A stretch of DNA of 64,000 nucleotides from an uncultured Gemmatimonadales bacterium (GCA_963821525.1 CAWGED010000005.1:1152001-1216000); one strand, 5' to 3'; counted from the first letter of the stretch, positions 52,256-63,870 are shown. The notes: a model not told the origin generated them from the letters alone. Made by a program: numbers and translations.

Positions 52256-53817
52256 CGATCGCGCTCCGCGCGGATCTCTTCCCTCGGTGCGGAGTAGCGG
52301 TCCCTGCCCGGCTGAGTCAGCTCGACGTAGCGCTTCGAGGCAGCCTCCATGCGGCTCAGCACCGGCTTGGGATAGAGGCCGAGCCAGACCATGCCGAAGA
52401 TCAGGGGGAGCATCACCGACAGCTCGCGCGGAGTCAGGTCGGACAGGTGCTCGTTGTCGGGATTATCGAGCTTGTTGAAGAAGATCCGCTGCACCGCGGG
52501 CAGCAGATACACCGCGGCGAAGATCACGCCGGTCGTGGCAAGGCCGGTCGCCAGGGGATGGCGGGCGAAGCTGCCGAGCAGCACCAGGAACTCGCCCACG
52601 AAGCCGTTCAGGCCCGGGAGTCCGATCGAGGCGAGCGAGGTCACGACGAAGATGAGGCTGCAGCACCGGCACCACACGGGCGAGCCCGCCGTAGGCGGCG
52701 ATCTCCCTCGTGTGGCGCCGCTCGTACAGCATGCCGATCAGGAAGAACAGCGCGCCGGTGGAGAGGCCGTGACCGATCATGATCATCAGCGCGCCCTGCA
52801 CGCTCTGGAGCGAACCGGCCCAGATGCCGAGCATCACGAATCCGAGGTGGCTCACCGAGGAATAGGCCACGAGCTTCTTCACATCCGGCTGCACCATGGC
52901 GACGAGGGCGCCATAGATGATGCCTACCACCGCCGAGACCAGCACGATCGTCGTGACGACGGGGCTCAGTGCCACCTCGGGGAAGAACGGGCACGGCAAA
53001 CCGAAGGAAGCCGTAGGTCCCCATCTTGAGCAGGATGCTGGCCAGGATCACGCTGCCCGCGGTGGGCGCCTCAACGTGCGCGTCGGGGAGCCAGGTGTGG
53101 AACGGGAACATCGGCACTTTGATCGCGAAGGCCAGGGCGAAGGCCGCGAAGAGCCAGGGAGCCAGGGTTCCCAGCTGTGGCGCGTGCTCCAGCAGGTCGG
53201 CGTAGGCGAACGAAACCGTTCCGGTGCTCTCGGCCACCTTCCATACCATGACCAGGATCGCCACGAGCATGAGGAGCGAGCCGAGGAAGGTGTAGATGAA
53301 GAACTTGATGGCCGCGTAGAGCCGGTTCTTCCCGCCCCAGACCCCGATGATGAAGTACATCGGGATCAGCATCACTTCCCAGAACACGTAGAAAACGAAG
53401 AGATCGAGCGCGAGGAATACCCCGAGCATGCCCGTCGTCAGGAGTGAGCATGAGAGCGTAGTATCCCCGCTCTCGTTCGGTGATGTAGTTCCAGCTTCCG
53501 AGCACTGCGAGCGGCATGAGCCCGGTGGAAAGCAGGACCATGAAGAGGGAGATGCCGTCGAGGCCGACCCGGTAGTTGATTCCCCATTGCGGGAGCCAGG
53601 GCGCCACGACTCCGAACTGGATCGCGCCTGAGGTCGGATCGAAGGCCCACCAGAGTCCAGCAGAGAGCAGGAACTCCAGAATGGTGACCACGAGGGCGAT
53701 GTGCTTGGCGCTCCTGGACGGCGCCAGCAGCACCGGCAGCACGCCAACCAGCGGCAGCACCAGCAGCGCGGTCAGGATCCAGGTCTGGTAGTTCAGTCCG
53801 AACAGGAAGTCTTGCAT
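52252..53817 (-). CDS. nuoM: NADH-quinone oxidoreductase subunit M (about three frameshifts)
   Basis: [48 protein letters not shown] in successive ORFs. Confidence 0.92.
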
Positions 53818-53842
53818 GGCCCGCGAGTTGAAGGTTCTGTCT

Positions 53843-55890
53843 CTACCACACCAGCCGGCCCAACACGTACAGCGCCCCGACCACGAACACGGCCACGTAG
53901 ACGCCCACCTGGCCAGTCTGCAGCCGGCCGCCGAGCCAGCCCAGTGCTCGCATCAGGCCGGCGGATCCATTCACCGCGGCGCCATCGATCAGGCCCTGGT
54001 CCACCTTCCGCCAGAGGACGACTCGAGAGATCGTCATCAACGGGCGAACGATGATCGCATCGTAGACCTCGTCGATGTAGTACTTGTGGTAGAGCACCTT
54101 CCAGAATCCCTGGTCCGGTGCCGCCTCGTGGGCCGGGACGATGGCGCGGCCGAGGGTGCTTCGATAACCCCAGACCAATCCGATGATGGCAATGGCTATG
54201 GCGATACCGATGAGGGTCATCTCGGTCGAGCCATGAGGCAACACGGGCTCGCCCACGAGCTGGGTTGCCTTGCTGGTGACCGGTTCGAGCCAGTGGTGCA
54301 GCAGCTCGGTCGGACCCAGCGCCCTGGCGAACTCGGGAAGATTGAGCCAGCCCCCGGCCAGGCTGAGCAGTCCCAGGACCACCAGGGGCCCGGTCATGAT
54401 CCAGGGCGCCTCGTGCAGGTGCTCCTTCTCTTTGGTGCCGGTCCGATTCTCCCCGTGGAAGGTCATCGCCATGAGCCGCGCCATGTAGAACGCGGTGATC
54501 AAGGCGGCCGTCGCTCCCATCGCCCAGAAGACCCGGAAAATCGGCTCGTGCTCGCCGCGGCCAAAGGCGAAGGCCAGGATTTCATCCTTGGAGAAGAAAC
54601 CGGCGAAGGGAGGAATCCCGGCGATCGCGAGGGTCGCGATCCACATCAGCACCCAGGTCACCGGGAGATGGTGGCGCAGCCCGCCCATGTTGCGCATGTC
54701 CTGCGCGTCCTCGTGTGAGTGGGTGGCGTGATACGCGTGGTGCATCGCGTGGATCACGCTTCCCGAACCGAGGAAGAGCAGCGCCTTGAAGAAGGCGTGG
54801 GTCGCGAGGTGGAAGATGCCGGCGGTGATGGCGCCGGTCCCCACGCCCAGGAACATGTAGCCGAGCTGGGAGACGGTGGAGTACGCCAGGACGCGCTTGA
54901 TGTCGTACTGGCGGAGACCGATCGTGGCGGCGAAGAGCGCCGTGAGCGCGCCGACGCCGGCGACGACGGTCTGGCTCACCGGCGCCAGCGCGAACAGCAC
55001 ATTGGCCCGCGCGACGAGATACACGCCGGCGGTCACCATCGTGGCGGCGTGGATCAGGGCGGAGACCGGCGTGGGACCGGCCATCGCGTCGGGCAGCCAG
55101 GTATAGAGCGGGATCTGGGCCGACTTGCCGGTGCAGCCGAGGAAGAGGAACAAGGTGATCGCGGTTACCAGCGCGCCGCCCGCGGGCAGGACCTCGCCCG
55201 CACGGCTGAACACGTCGGTGAAGTTCAGGCTCCCGAACGCCTGCCAGATCAGGAACATGGCGATCAGGAAGCCGAAGTCGCCGATCCGGTTCACGATGAA
55301 GGCCTTCTTGCCCGCGTCGGCATTGGCCTTTTCGGAGAACCAGAAGCCGATCAGGAGGTAGGAGCAGAGGCCGACGCCTTCCCACCCGATGAACATCATC
55401 GGGAAGCTGGCGCCCAGCACCAGCACCAGCATGAATGCGACAAACAGGTTGAGGTACGCGAAGTACCTCGGGTAGCCGTCGTCCGCCTTCATGTACCCGA
55501 TGCTGAAGAGGTGGATCAGGCTTCCCACGCCTGTCACCACCAGCAGCATCACCATCGACAGATGATCGAGCAGGAAAGAGAAGTCGACCTTCAAGTCGCC
55601 GACCGGGAGCCAGCTCCAGAAGGTGATGATCGGCGAGGCTTCGGGGTCGGCCTGCCATGCCGGCGCCAGTTGCCGGAAGGCGACGAGTGCGGTGGCGAAT
55701 GCGCCGAGGAGTACCCCGGCGCCAATGATGGAGACCGCCGCCTTGGCTCGAGGCTGCCAGAGGGAGAGCGCTCCGTTGAGCAGGAACCCCAGGAGCGGCA
55801 GCCCCAGGATCAGGCCGACCAGGAGGTTCAGATTTTCCGGCAGCGCCGTCTCCGGCCCCTGCCCAAGAACGACAGAAGATCCAGGTGCAT
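53843..55890 (-). CDS. nuoL: NADH-quinone oxidoreductase subunit L (frameshift near 5' end)
   Basis: WEGVG, NRIGD, GKSAQIPLYTWLPDAMAGPTP, HAFFKA motifs. The frame continues upstream (LILGLPLLGFLLNG) to about 55850. Confidence 0.93.
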
Positions 55891-56186
55891 CAGCCCCTGA
55901 GCAGGTTGACGTTTCCGAGATCCACCGAGCGGTGGTGCCGGAACATGGCGATGATGATCGCGAGCCCTACCGCAGCCTCCGCGGCGGCGACCGTCATGAC
56001 GAAGAAGACGATGACCTGGCCGCCCAGACCGTGGGCCTGCGCCAGGGCGATGAAACTCAGGTTCACGGCATTGAGCATGAGCTCGATGCACATGAACAAC
56101 ACGATCGCGTTACGCCGAAGCAGCACCCCGGCGACACCGATGGTGAAGAGAATGGCCGAAAGGCCCAGCGCCTGACCGAGCAGCAT
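55890..56186 (-). CDS. nuoK: NADH-quinone oxidoreductase subunit K
   Basis: [28 protein letters not shown] motifs. Confidence 0.97.
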   Translation of the reverse strand: MLLGQALGLSAILFTIGVAGVLLRRNAIVLFMCIELMLNAVNLSFIALAQAHGLGGQVIVFFVMTVAAAEAAVGLAIIIAMFRHHRSVDLGNVNLLRG

Positions 56187-56743
56187 CAGACCCTCCGTTT
56201 AGCCAGCACGACGGCGCCGACGATCGCGGTGAGCAGGAGTATCGAGGTGAGCTCGAACGGGATCAGGTACGTCTGGAACAGGGGAGCCGCGATTGCCCCG
56301 GTAACCCCCTGCGTCTGAACGGCGGCGGCAGCGGTCTTCCCCGCGTCGAATACCATCGAGGGATCGGCCAGCCGGCTCGAACCGGTGTACTCCAGTGCCA
56401 GCCGTTCCGCGCTGTAGTGGGGCAACGCGGCCAGCTCGGCCAGCAGCAGGACGACGACTCCGGCGGCCAGGATCCAGACCGGCCAGCGCTTGAGGTCGGA
56501 TTCCCCGCGGCCGAGGTTCAGCAGCATGATGACGAACAGGAAGAGCACCATGACCGCGCCGGCGTACACCAGGACCTGGATGATCCCGATGAACTGGGCA
56601 TTGAGCAGCACGTAGATGCCCGCCAGGCAAAGCATGGTGGAGATCAGCCAGAAGGCGGAAGCGATCGGATTGCGCTGGGTCACGCAGAGGAGCGCCGATA
56701 GCACCGCCACCGTGGCGAACAGGTAGAAGACCGCCTCGGTCAT
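56186..56743 (-). CDS. nuoJ: NADH-quinone oxidoreductase subunit J
   Basis: [29 protein letters not shown] motifs. Confidence 0.96.
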   Translation of the reverse strand: MTEAVFYLFATVAVLSALLCVTQRNPIASAFWLISTMLCLAGIYVLLNAQFIGIIQVLVYAGAVMVLFLFVIMLLNLGRGESDLKRWPVWILAAGVVVLLLAELAALPHYSAERLALEYTGSSRLADPSMVFDAGKTAAAAVQTQGVTGAIAAPLFQTYLIPFELTSILLLTAIVGAVVLAKRRV

Positions 56744-57251
56744 CTATTCACCCTTGGGATCGGTGGGATCCCACAGCGTCGAGACGCTGTGTGTCTGGGA
56801 AGAGAGCCGCTCGAGGTCGTACACGAAACGATCCCGGCTGTATTCGGAATTCTCGAAGTGCACCCCGACGTGAATGGCCTCCTCGGGGCAGACTTCCTGG
56901 CAATACCCGCAAAAGACGCAGCGGAACTCGTCGATCTCGTAGATCAGCGGGTACCGGTTCCCCTCCTCGTCCTCGCCGGGCACCAGCTTGATGCAATTGG
57001 CCGGGCAAATCTGGGGACAGAGTCCGCACGCGACGCACTTCGACCGGCCTTGCTCATCGGTGAGCATCCGGTGGGTGCCGCGCCAGCGCGGGGAAATCGT
57101 GTAGTCCGCGGTGCTCTTCGCCTCCGGGTACTCCATCGTCACCTTGGGCTCGAAGAGCTTCCTGAACGTGAGCCCCATGCCCTTGAGCGCGGCCCGGACG
57201 TAGCTGACCTCGGCTCTCCGGGCGCTTCAGCACCTTCACCCCGATCGTCAT
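56744..57251 (-). CDS. nuoI: NADH-quinone oxidoreductase subunit I (frameshift near 57205)
   Basis: CVACGLCPQICP and CVFCGYCQEVCP; likely start MTIGVKVLKRP at 57251. Confidence 0.93.
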
Positions 57252-58490
57252 GCCGCCTCCTCCACACCCGCGTTTACCCGGGGAGCTGGGGCCCGACGCG
57301 CCGCCGAGCCGCTGACCAGGCGCCCGCGGTCGAGCACCAGGAAAACCAGGAACATCGAGGGGAAGATTGAGCAGGAAGAGCACACCCATCTTGACGGTCG
57401 GGGAGCTACCGCTCAACAAGGTATCCACGCCGTAGATCCCGAGACCCACGAGCATCACATAGGCGAGGCCGATCGGCATCAGCACCTTCCAGCCCAGCGA
57501 CATCAGCTGGTCATAGCGGAACCGGGGCAGCGTCCACCGGACCCAGATGAAGACGAAGAGGAAGAAGAAGGTCTTGAGGAACATCACGACGCCGGTCGCC
57601 AGCGTCTGGAGCAGGCCGCCGGCTTCATCCCAGTGTCCCGGGAGATCCCAGCCGCCGAAGAAGAGCACCACCATCATCGCGGAGGCGGTGATCATGTTGG
57701 CATACTCGGCGATGAAGAAGAGCGAGAATTTCATCGCACTGTATTCGGTGTGATATCCCGCGACCAGCTCGGACTCGGCCTCGGGCAGATCGAACGGGAC
57801 CCGGTTGGTCTCCGCGAAGGCCGACACCATGAACATGAAGAAGGAAAGGAAGAGCGGGAGCACGAACCAGAGTCCTGCCTGCTGCCGTGCGATGATTTCG
57901 TGGAACGAGACGTTCCCGGTGATCAACACCACCGGGATCAGGCTCAGGCTCATCGCGACTTCGTAGGAGACCATCTGGGCGCTGGCCCGGAGCCCGCCGA
58001 GCAGGCTGTACTTGTTGTTGGAGGACCATCCGGCCAGAGCGATGCCGTAGACCCCCATCGATCCGATGGCGATGACGAACAGGAATCCGATGGGAAGATC
58101 GGCTACCGCAATCGGCATGAGCCCGTGATGCACCCAGCGGCCCAGAAGCGGCAGGGAGAAGTCGAAGTCGACCGGCAGCGGCGCGGCCCAGGGCAGGACC
58201 AGCGACATCATCGTCGCGGGAATCAGGGATAGTGCCGGCGCCAGCACGAAGAGGATCTTGTTCGAGTCGGCGGGGAACGTCTCTTCTTTGAGGATGTTCT
58301 TGAGCCCGTCGGCGAGCGGCTGGAACCACCCGTTGGGTCCCACCCGGTTGGGGCCCAGGCGGTACTGCATCCACGCGCAGACCTTGCGTTCCACCAGCGT
58401 CAGGTATGCCACGCTGATCAGGGTAATGGTAAAGATGGCGAGCAGCTTCACCACCGTGAGGAGCAGGAAGCCCTTCATTTCGGGAGTCAT
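57248..58490 (-). CDS. nuoH: NADH-quinone oxidoreductase subunit H (frameshift near 57355)
   Basis: ERKV, RLGPNRVG, QMVSYE, PFDLPEAESELV, PRFRYDQLM. The corrected frame ends ...VEEAA* at 57248. Confidence 0.94.
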
Positions 58491-60058
58491 GAGGTGGCTC
58501 CCGCCGCTACCGGCTTCTCAGCGACCCGGCCGGTGAAGCCGAGTCCGGCGAAGGTGAGCCCATTCAGGGCAGGCACGCTCGCCGCGATCAGGTCAAACGC
58601 AGCCGACACACCAGAGGGAGCCGGCTTTCCCGATATCAGCGCAAGAGCCGATGCCGCAACCCACCAGGCCGGTTGCGCCATACCGGGGCTCGATTTGGCC
58701 TGGTCATAGCGCTGAACCCGACGGTCGCGGTTCACGAAGGTGCCGATTTCCTCGGCCACGTTGGTGACGGGGAGGACGACGGAAGCACCGGCCAGTTCCT
58801 GCGACTGCACCGTTCCGAAGACCACGACCGTGTTAGCCTTGCTCACCTGGGCCGCTTCAGCCTCGGTAAGCTCCACATCGAGCAGGACGACGAGCGACGC
58901 GCTCGATGCGGCCTTGAGCGCCGCACTCCATTCCGTGCTGTAGCCCAGAATCCGCGCGCCTTCCCCATTGGGCGCCCGCTCCTTTCGCAGCGCCAGATTG
59001 GGCACGCCCTTGAGCGGTGCTTCGTCTCCCTGGGGCAGCTGCACCGCGGCGGTGAGCTTGGTTCCCTCGAGCAAACGCTTGACCATGCCCAGGGATTCGG
59101 TCGAGGCGCGGCCCGAGGCGAGCAACACCGCCGACCCGCCCTGACGGACCGCTTTCACGACGCGGGCCAGGGCCTGATCCCAGTCGGTGGCCACCAGCCG
59201 CTGGCCCTCGCGAACCAGGGGCGCCTCGATCCGGTCGCCCCGGTTCATCCAGCGGTAGTTCATCCGGCCGTGATCGCAGATGAAGTGGCGATTCACCTCG
59301 AGGTTCGGCCGCGGCCGTAGACGCACGACCGCCGCATCACGGGTATCGATCAGGATGTTGCACCCCTGACTGCATCCGGTGCAGACGCTGGCCGTCTTGT
59401 CCAGATCCCAGGCCCGAGCCTTGTGCAGGAAGTCCTTCGAGATGAGCGATCCGACCGGGCAGAGATCCACCACGTTGCCGGCCCACGGATGGTCCAGCTC
59501 GTGGTCGGGATCGATGCCGATGAAGGCCCGGTCTCCCCGTTCCGAAACGTTGAGGACCGCCTCGCCCGCAACGTCGTCCATGAACCGCACGCAACGGGTG
59601 CAGAGGATGCACCGGTTGGCGACGTAGAGCACATCGGGGCCGAATTCTTCGACCGGATTGTACCGCTTGGCGTATTCGCTGTACCGGGTGCCGGCCCGGC
59701 CTTCCTGGAAGACGTAGTTCTGCAGCTCGCACTCGCCGGCCTGATCGCAGATGGGACAGTCGAGCGGATGGTTGATCAGCAGCAGCTCGAGCACTCCCTC
59801 GCGCGCCTTCTTGGCCTGCTCGCTGTCCACGTGGACGACCTGGCCCTCGGCCACAGTGGTTACGCAGGCCGGCATGAGCTTGGGCGCCTTCTCCACCTCG
59901 ACCAGGCACATGCGGCACACCGCCGGGGATGGCAACGACGGGTGGTAGCAGTAGTGGGGGATCAGCACCCCAGCCTGCTTGGCGGCCTCGATGATGGTCG
60001 TCCCCTTGGGGACGGCCAGGGTGAGGCCGTTGATGGTGACGTTGACGTTTTCGGTCAT
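58487..60058 (-). CDS. nuoG: NADH-quinone oxidoreductase subunit G (short form)
   Basis: CYHP..CRMC..AC, HPLDCPICDQAGEC, CILCTRC...CP and CTGCSQGC...IC motifs. Confidence 0.93.
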   Translation of the reverse strand: MTENVNVTINGLTLAVPKGTTIIEAAKQAGVLIPHYCYHPSLPSPAVCRMCLVEVEKAPKLMPACVTTVAEGQVVHVDSEQAKKAREGVLELLLINHPLDCPICDQAGECELQNYVFQEGRAGTRYSEYAKRYNPVEEFGPDVLYVANRCILCTRCVRFMDDVAGEAVLNVSERGDRAFIGIDPDHELDHPWAGNVVDLCPVGSLISKDFLHKARAWDLDKTASVCTGCSQGCNILIDTRDAAVVRLRPRPNLEVNRHFICDHGRMNYRWMNRGDRIEAPLVREGQRLVATDWDQALARVVKAVRQGGSAVLLASGRASTESLGMVKRLLEGTKLTAAVQLPQGDEAPLKGVPNLALRKERAPNGEGARILGYSTEWSAALKAASSASLVVLLDVELTEAEAAQVSKANTVVVFGTVQSQELAGASVVLPVTNVAEEIGTFVNRDRRVQRYDQAKSSPGMAQPAWWVAASALALISGKPAPSGVSAAFDLIAASVPALNGLTFAGLGFTGRVAEKPVAAGATS

Positions 60059-60071
60059 AGTTCCAGGACAG

Positions 60072-60140
60072 AGCGACTAGCTATTAGCTATTAGCAATTA
60101 GCTGTTAGCGATTGGAGCTAATAGCTAACGGCTAACGGCT
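60072..60140. repeat. heptamer tandem repeat array with inverted copies
   Basis: AGCGACT AGCTATT AGCTATT AGCAATT AGCTGTT AGCGATT, then AATAGCT AACGGCT AACGGCT (reverse-complement units). Confidence 0.85.
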
Positions 60141-60144
60141 GCTT

Positions 60145-61449
60145 CTACACCGCCATTGCCGTCTTCCGGTTCCCATTCAGGTACGCCTCGAACTCGCCGC
60201 GGAACTTCTTGATCCCGCTCACCACGGGCGCGGCGCAGGAATCGCTCAGCACGCAGATCGTCTTGCCGGTCATGTTGTCGGACAGGTCAAGCAACAGGTC
60301 CAGATCCTCGATCCGGCCCTTCCCCGCCAGCATGCGCTCCAGAATCCGGGTGGTCCACGCGGTGCCTTCGCGGCACTGGGTGCACTGGGCGCAGGATTCG
60401 TGGGCGTAAAAGCGGGCGAGCCGCATGATCTGGTAGACCAGGTCGGTCGAATCATCCATGACGATCATGCCACCCGATCCGAGCATCGAGCCCTTGGCTA
60501 CCACCCCTTCGTAGTCGAGCTGGCAGTCTTCGACCTCGGCCGCGGTCATGATCGGGACCGAGGAACCGCCGGGAATCACCGCCTTGAGGGTACGACCTGG
60601 ACGCATGCCCCCCGCCATATCGTAGATCAGCTCCTTCATGGAGCTGCCCATCACGACCTCATAGTTGCCCGGACGCTGCACGTGCCCGCAGACCGAGATC
60701 AACTTGGTGCCGGTACTCTTGGGGTTGCCCCGGCACAGGCTCTTGTACCACTCGGCACCCCGCACAATGATGTGCGGAGTTGCGACCAGCGTCTCCACGT
60801 TGTTGATCGTGGTCGGCATCCCGAAGACACCCGCGGCGGCCGGGAACGGCGGCTTGATGCGCGGGTTGCCGCGGCGGCCCTCGATGGAGTTCATCAGGGC
60901 GGTTTCTTCGCCGCAGATGTAGGCACCGGCACCCCGGAACAGCACCAGATCGATCCGTTTGCCACTGCCGAAGGCGTTGGCCCCGAGCGCGCCCTTGTCG
61001 TACGCCTCCTTGATGGCGCCCTCGAGAATCTTGTACTCGACGGTGAACTCGCCGCGCACGTAGATGTATCCCCGCTCGGCGCCGATCGCGTGACAGGCCA
61101 ACGCGCAGCCTTCCAGCAGCGCGTGGGGCGTCCAGCGCATGATCTCGCGATCCTTGAACGTGCCGGGTTCCGATTCGTCGGCGTTGCAGCAGAGGTAGTG
61201 TGGTTTGCCGCTGTTCTTCGGCATGAACGACCACTTGAGGCCGGTCGGGAACCCGGCGCCGCCCCGCCCGCGCAGACCGGAGTTCTTGATCTCCTCGATC
61301 ACCGCCTCGGGAGTCATGCCCAACGCCTTCTTGAGCCCTTCGTAGCCGGCGCGCTTCACCCAGCCGTCGAAGCTGCGTGCGCCCGCGTCTCCGAAGTAGC
61401 GGGAGAGAACCGGCTCTTCTTTTGGATGACTGGGATGGGGAAATCCCAT
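60145..61449 (-). CDS. nuoF: NADH-quinone oxidoreductase subunit F
   Basis: GLRGRGGAGFPTGLKW, NADESEPG, GAGAYICGEE, ESCAQCTQCREG motifs. Confidence 0.97.
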   Translation of the reverse strand: MGFPHPSHPKEEPVLSRYFGDAGARSFDGWVKRAGYEGLKKALGMTPEAVIEEIKNSGLRGRGGAGFPTGLKWSFMPKNSGKPHYLCCNADESEPGTFKDREIMRWTPHALLEGCALACHAIGAERGYIYVRGEFTVEYKILEGAIKEAYDKGALGANAFGSGKRIDLVLFRGAGAYICGEETALMNSIEGRRGNPRIKPPFPAAAGVFGMPTTINNVETLVATPHIIVRGAEWYKSLCRGNPKSTGTKLISVCGHVQRPGNYEVVMGSSMKELIYDMAGGMRPGRTLKAVIPGGSSVPIMTAAEVEDCQLDYEGVVAKGSMLGSGGMIVMDDSTDLVYQIMRLARFYAHESCAQCTQCREGTAWTTRILERMLAGKGRIEDLDLLLDLSDNMTGKTICVLSDSCAAPVVSGIKKFRGEFEAYLNGNRKTAMAV

Positions 61450-61952
61450 TACTTGTACCCCTGGAGAATGCCCGGAACCCGTTCCGGAGTTACGCCTTCG
61501 ATAAAGTCGTCATCAATCAGCACCGGGGTAGCGAAACCGCAGGCCCCGAGACACTCGACTTCGATCATGGTGAACCGGCCATCGGGACTGGTCGCTCCCA
61601 ACTCGCCGCATCCGGTGTGCTTGAGGAAGGCTTTCACCACGTCTTCCGCGCCGCAGATGTTGCAGGGCGACGTGGTGCAGACCTGAATGAAGTGGCGGCC
61701 GACCGGGTGAGTGTGGTACATGGTGTAGAACGTCACCACGCCCTTCACGTACGCCGGCGTAAGACCGAGCACCTCGGCCACCTCGGCAATCGCGCCCTCG
61801 GAGATCCAGCCCCGCCGCCGCTGGACGATCCACAGCGCCGGCAGCAGGCACGCCATCTTCGTCGGGAAATTGGGGAACACCGCCTCGAGCTCCTGGAGCG
61901 CCTCCCCGACGAAGACCGGCTGGTGTTCCTCCTCGACGTGAGCCGAGCTCAT
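61449..61952 (-). CDS. nuoE: NADH-quinone oxidoreductase subunit E
   Basis: TFYTMY, VCTTSPC, ECLGAC motifs. Confidence 0.96.
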   Translation of the reverse strand: MSSAHVEEEHQPVFVGEALQELEAVFPNFPTKMACLLPALWIVQRRRGWISEGAIAEVAEVLGLTPAYVKGVVTFYTMYHTHPVGRHFIQVCTTSPCNICGAEDVVKAFLKHTGCGELGATSPDGRFTMIEVECLGACGFATPVLIDDDFIEGVTPERVPGILQGYK

Positions 61953-63244
61953 CGGTCGATCTCTCCCATGACGATGTCCACGCTGGCGTTGATCGCGATC
62001 ACGTCGGACAGCAGCACGCCCTCGCAGAGCTTGGGCAGGCAGGCCAGGTTGATGAAAGACGGGGGACGGATGCGCCAGCGCACCGGCTTGGCGGTCCCGT
62101 CGGATACGAAGTAGTAGCCCAGCTCGCCCTTGGGGTTCTCGATCCCCATGTAGGCCTCGCCCGGAGGCGCCTTCACACCTTCCATCACCTGCTTAAAGTG
62201 GAAGATCATGGCTTCCATATCGCTCATGGCGCGCGACTTGGGAGGCAGGATCAGCCGCGGGTCCGACACGTTGATCGGGGCACCCTTGAGCCGCTCCAGA
62301 CGGACCAGGGCCTGCTCCAGAATGCGGACCGACTGTCGCATCTCCTCCATGCGGACGATATAGCGATCGTAACAGTCGCCGTGCTCACCCACCGGCACGT
62401 CGAAGTCGTAGTTCTCGTAGCCCAGATACGGGCGATCCTTCCGCACATCGTACGCGACGCCGGAAGCCCGGAGCATCGGCCCGGACAGCGAGTAGTTGAT
62501 CGCGTCCTCGGGGCCGATCGATCCCACGTTCTGAGTCCGGCCGATCCAGATGGCGTTCCGGGTGAACATCCGGTCGACGTCATCGAGGGTCTTGGGGAAG
62601 GTGCGGCAGAACTCGGCCAGTCCCGCTTCCCACCCGTCGGGAATGTCGGCCATGAGGCCGCCCACCCGGGTAAGGCTGGTCGTGAGTCGAGCGCCGGTCC
62701 ACGATTCCTGCAGGTTGTAGATCCGCTCCCGCTGCTGGAAGGTCCAGAGGAACGGGGTGTAGGCTCCAATATCGATGCCGGTGGTTCCCAGCCAGACCAG
62801 GTGGGAAATGATCCGGCTCATTTCACAGGCCATCACCCGGAGCACCGTGCACCGCTCGGTGATCTCGATCCCCATGAGCTTCTCGGCCGCCAACGCCAGA
62901 CAGACGTTGTTGGCCATGGGCGAGAGGTAGTCGGTCCGGTCGGTGAGCGGGATGATCTGGTTGTAGTGCCGGTACTCGCCGAGCTTCTCGAATCCGCTGT
63001 GCAGGTAGCCGACGTGAGGCACGACCCGGATCACGGTCTCCCCATCCAGCTCGACGACCAGCCGGAGCACGCCGTGGGTAGCTGGATGCTGCGGGCCCAG
63101 GTTGATGAGCATGTGCTCGGCGTTCATCTCGTCCGACGGCTCGGGCACCTTGGGCAGCCGGATGCCGACCGGGACCTGCCGGACGTTCCCCTGGGCGTCG
63201 AGGCCGGGGGTGCTGAGCGCCATTTCCACGCTGCGCAGGCTCAT
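61949..63244 (-). CDS. nuoD: NADH-quinone oxidoreductase subunit D
   Basis: NLGPQHPATHGVLR, DRTDY, ENPKGELG, GEIDR motifs. Confidence 0.97.
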   Translation of the reverse strand: MSLRSVEMALSTPGLDAQGNVRQVPVGIRLPKVPEPSDEMNAEHMLINLGPQHPATHGVLRLVVELDGETVIRVVPHVGYLHSGFEKLGEYRHYNQIIPLTDRTDYLSPMANNVCLALAAEKLMGIEITERCTVLRVMACEMSRIISHLVWLGTTGIDIGAYTPFLWTFQQRERIYNLQESWTGARLTTSLTRVGGLMADIPDGWEAGLAEFCRTFPKTLDDVDRMFTRNAIWIGRTQNVGSIGPEDAINYSLSGPMLRASGVAYDVRKDRPYLGYENYDFDVPVGEHGDCYDRYIVRMEEMRQSVRILEQALVRLERLKGAPINVSDPRLILPPKSRAMSDMEAMIFHFKQVMEGVKAPPGEAYMGIENPKGELGYYFVSDGTAKPVRWRIRPPSFINLACLPKLCEGVLLSDVIAINASVDIVMGEIDR

Positions 63245-63870
63245 CGCAGGGTCCCCCGCTCGCCCCGGCTCAGCCGCTCGCGGACGTCGGCCGGCAGCTC
63301 ATGATAGGACTCGACGATGCTCAATTCTTCCAGGGAGTAATGCGCTTCGGGGTTCGCGGCGAGGGCCTGCCGGGTCTGCTCCGCCCGGCTGAAGTGGCCG
63401 CGGAGCGGAAAATCCTTCCGCAGGGGGAAGCCCTCCGAATAGGTCTCCCACATGAGGATCCGGCGCAGGTCCGGATGACCGCGGAAGACGACGCCGAACA
63501 TGTCGAAGACCTCACGCTCCAGCCAATCCGCGCCCTTCCAGAGGTCGTAGACCGAGTCCACCTCGAGAGGCGCCCGCTTGTCGAGCTCGATCTTGCACCG
63601 CAGGTCCGCCTTCCGGTCCAGGGAGCGGAGCTGGTAGACGACTTCGAGCGGCCGCTCCATGTCCCGATATTCGACCGCGGTCACGTCGGTGAGATAGTCG
63701 AACCGCTGAGCGGGATCGTCCTTGAGCCAGGCCAGGATTTCATGGGCCCGGTCACCCGCGAGGTAGGCGATCGTGTCTCCGCAGGAGACTTCGTGTCGCA
63801 GCACCGCGGCCCCGAAGCGGGACTTGAGCGCGGGAATCGAGGGCGACGGCTCCGGGCGATTGGGGCTCAC
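63241..63870 (-). CDS. nuoC: NADH-quinone oxidoreductase subunit C
   Basis: ADWLEREVFDMFGVVFRGHPDLRRIL, PLRKDFPL motifs. Confidence 0.96.
   Translation of the reverse strand: MSPNRPEPSPSIPALKSRFGAAVLRHEVSCGDTIAYLAGDRAHEILAWLKDDPAQRFDYLTDVTAVEYRDMERPLEVVYQLRSLDRKADLRCKIELDKRAPLEVDSVYDLWKGADWLEREVFDMFGVVFRGHPDLRRILMWETYSEGFPLRKDFPLRGHFSRAEQTRQALAANPEAHYSLEELSIVESYHELPADVRERLSRGERGTLR

Noticed and set aside
57054..58490. Apparent NuoH-NuoI read-through
   Set aside because: Caused by indels near 57355 and 57205; the corrected frames give normal overlapping stop and start codons.
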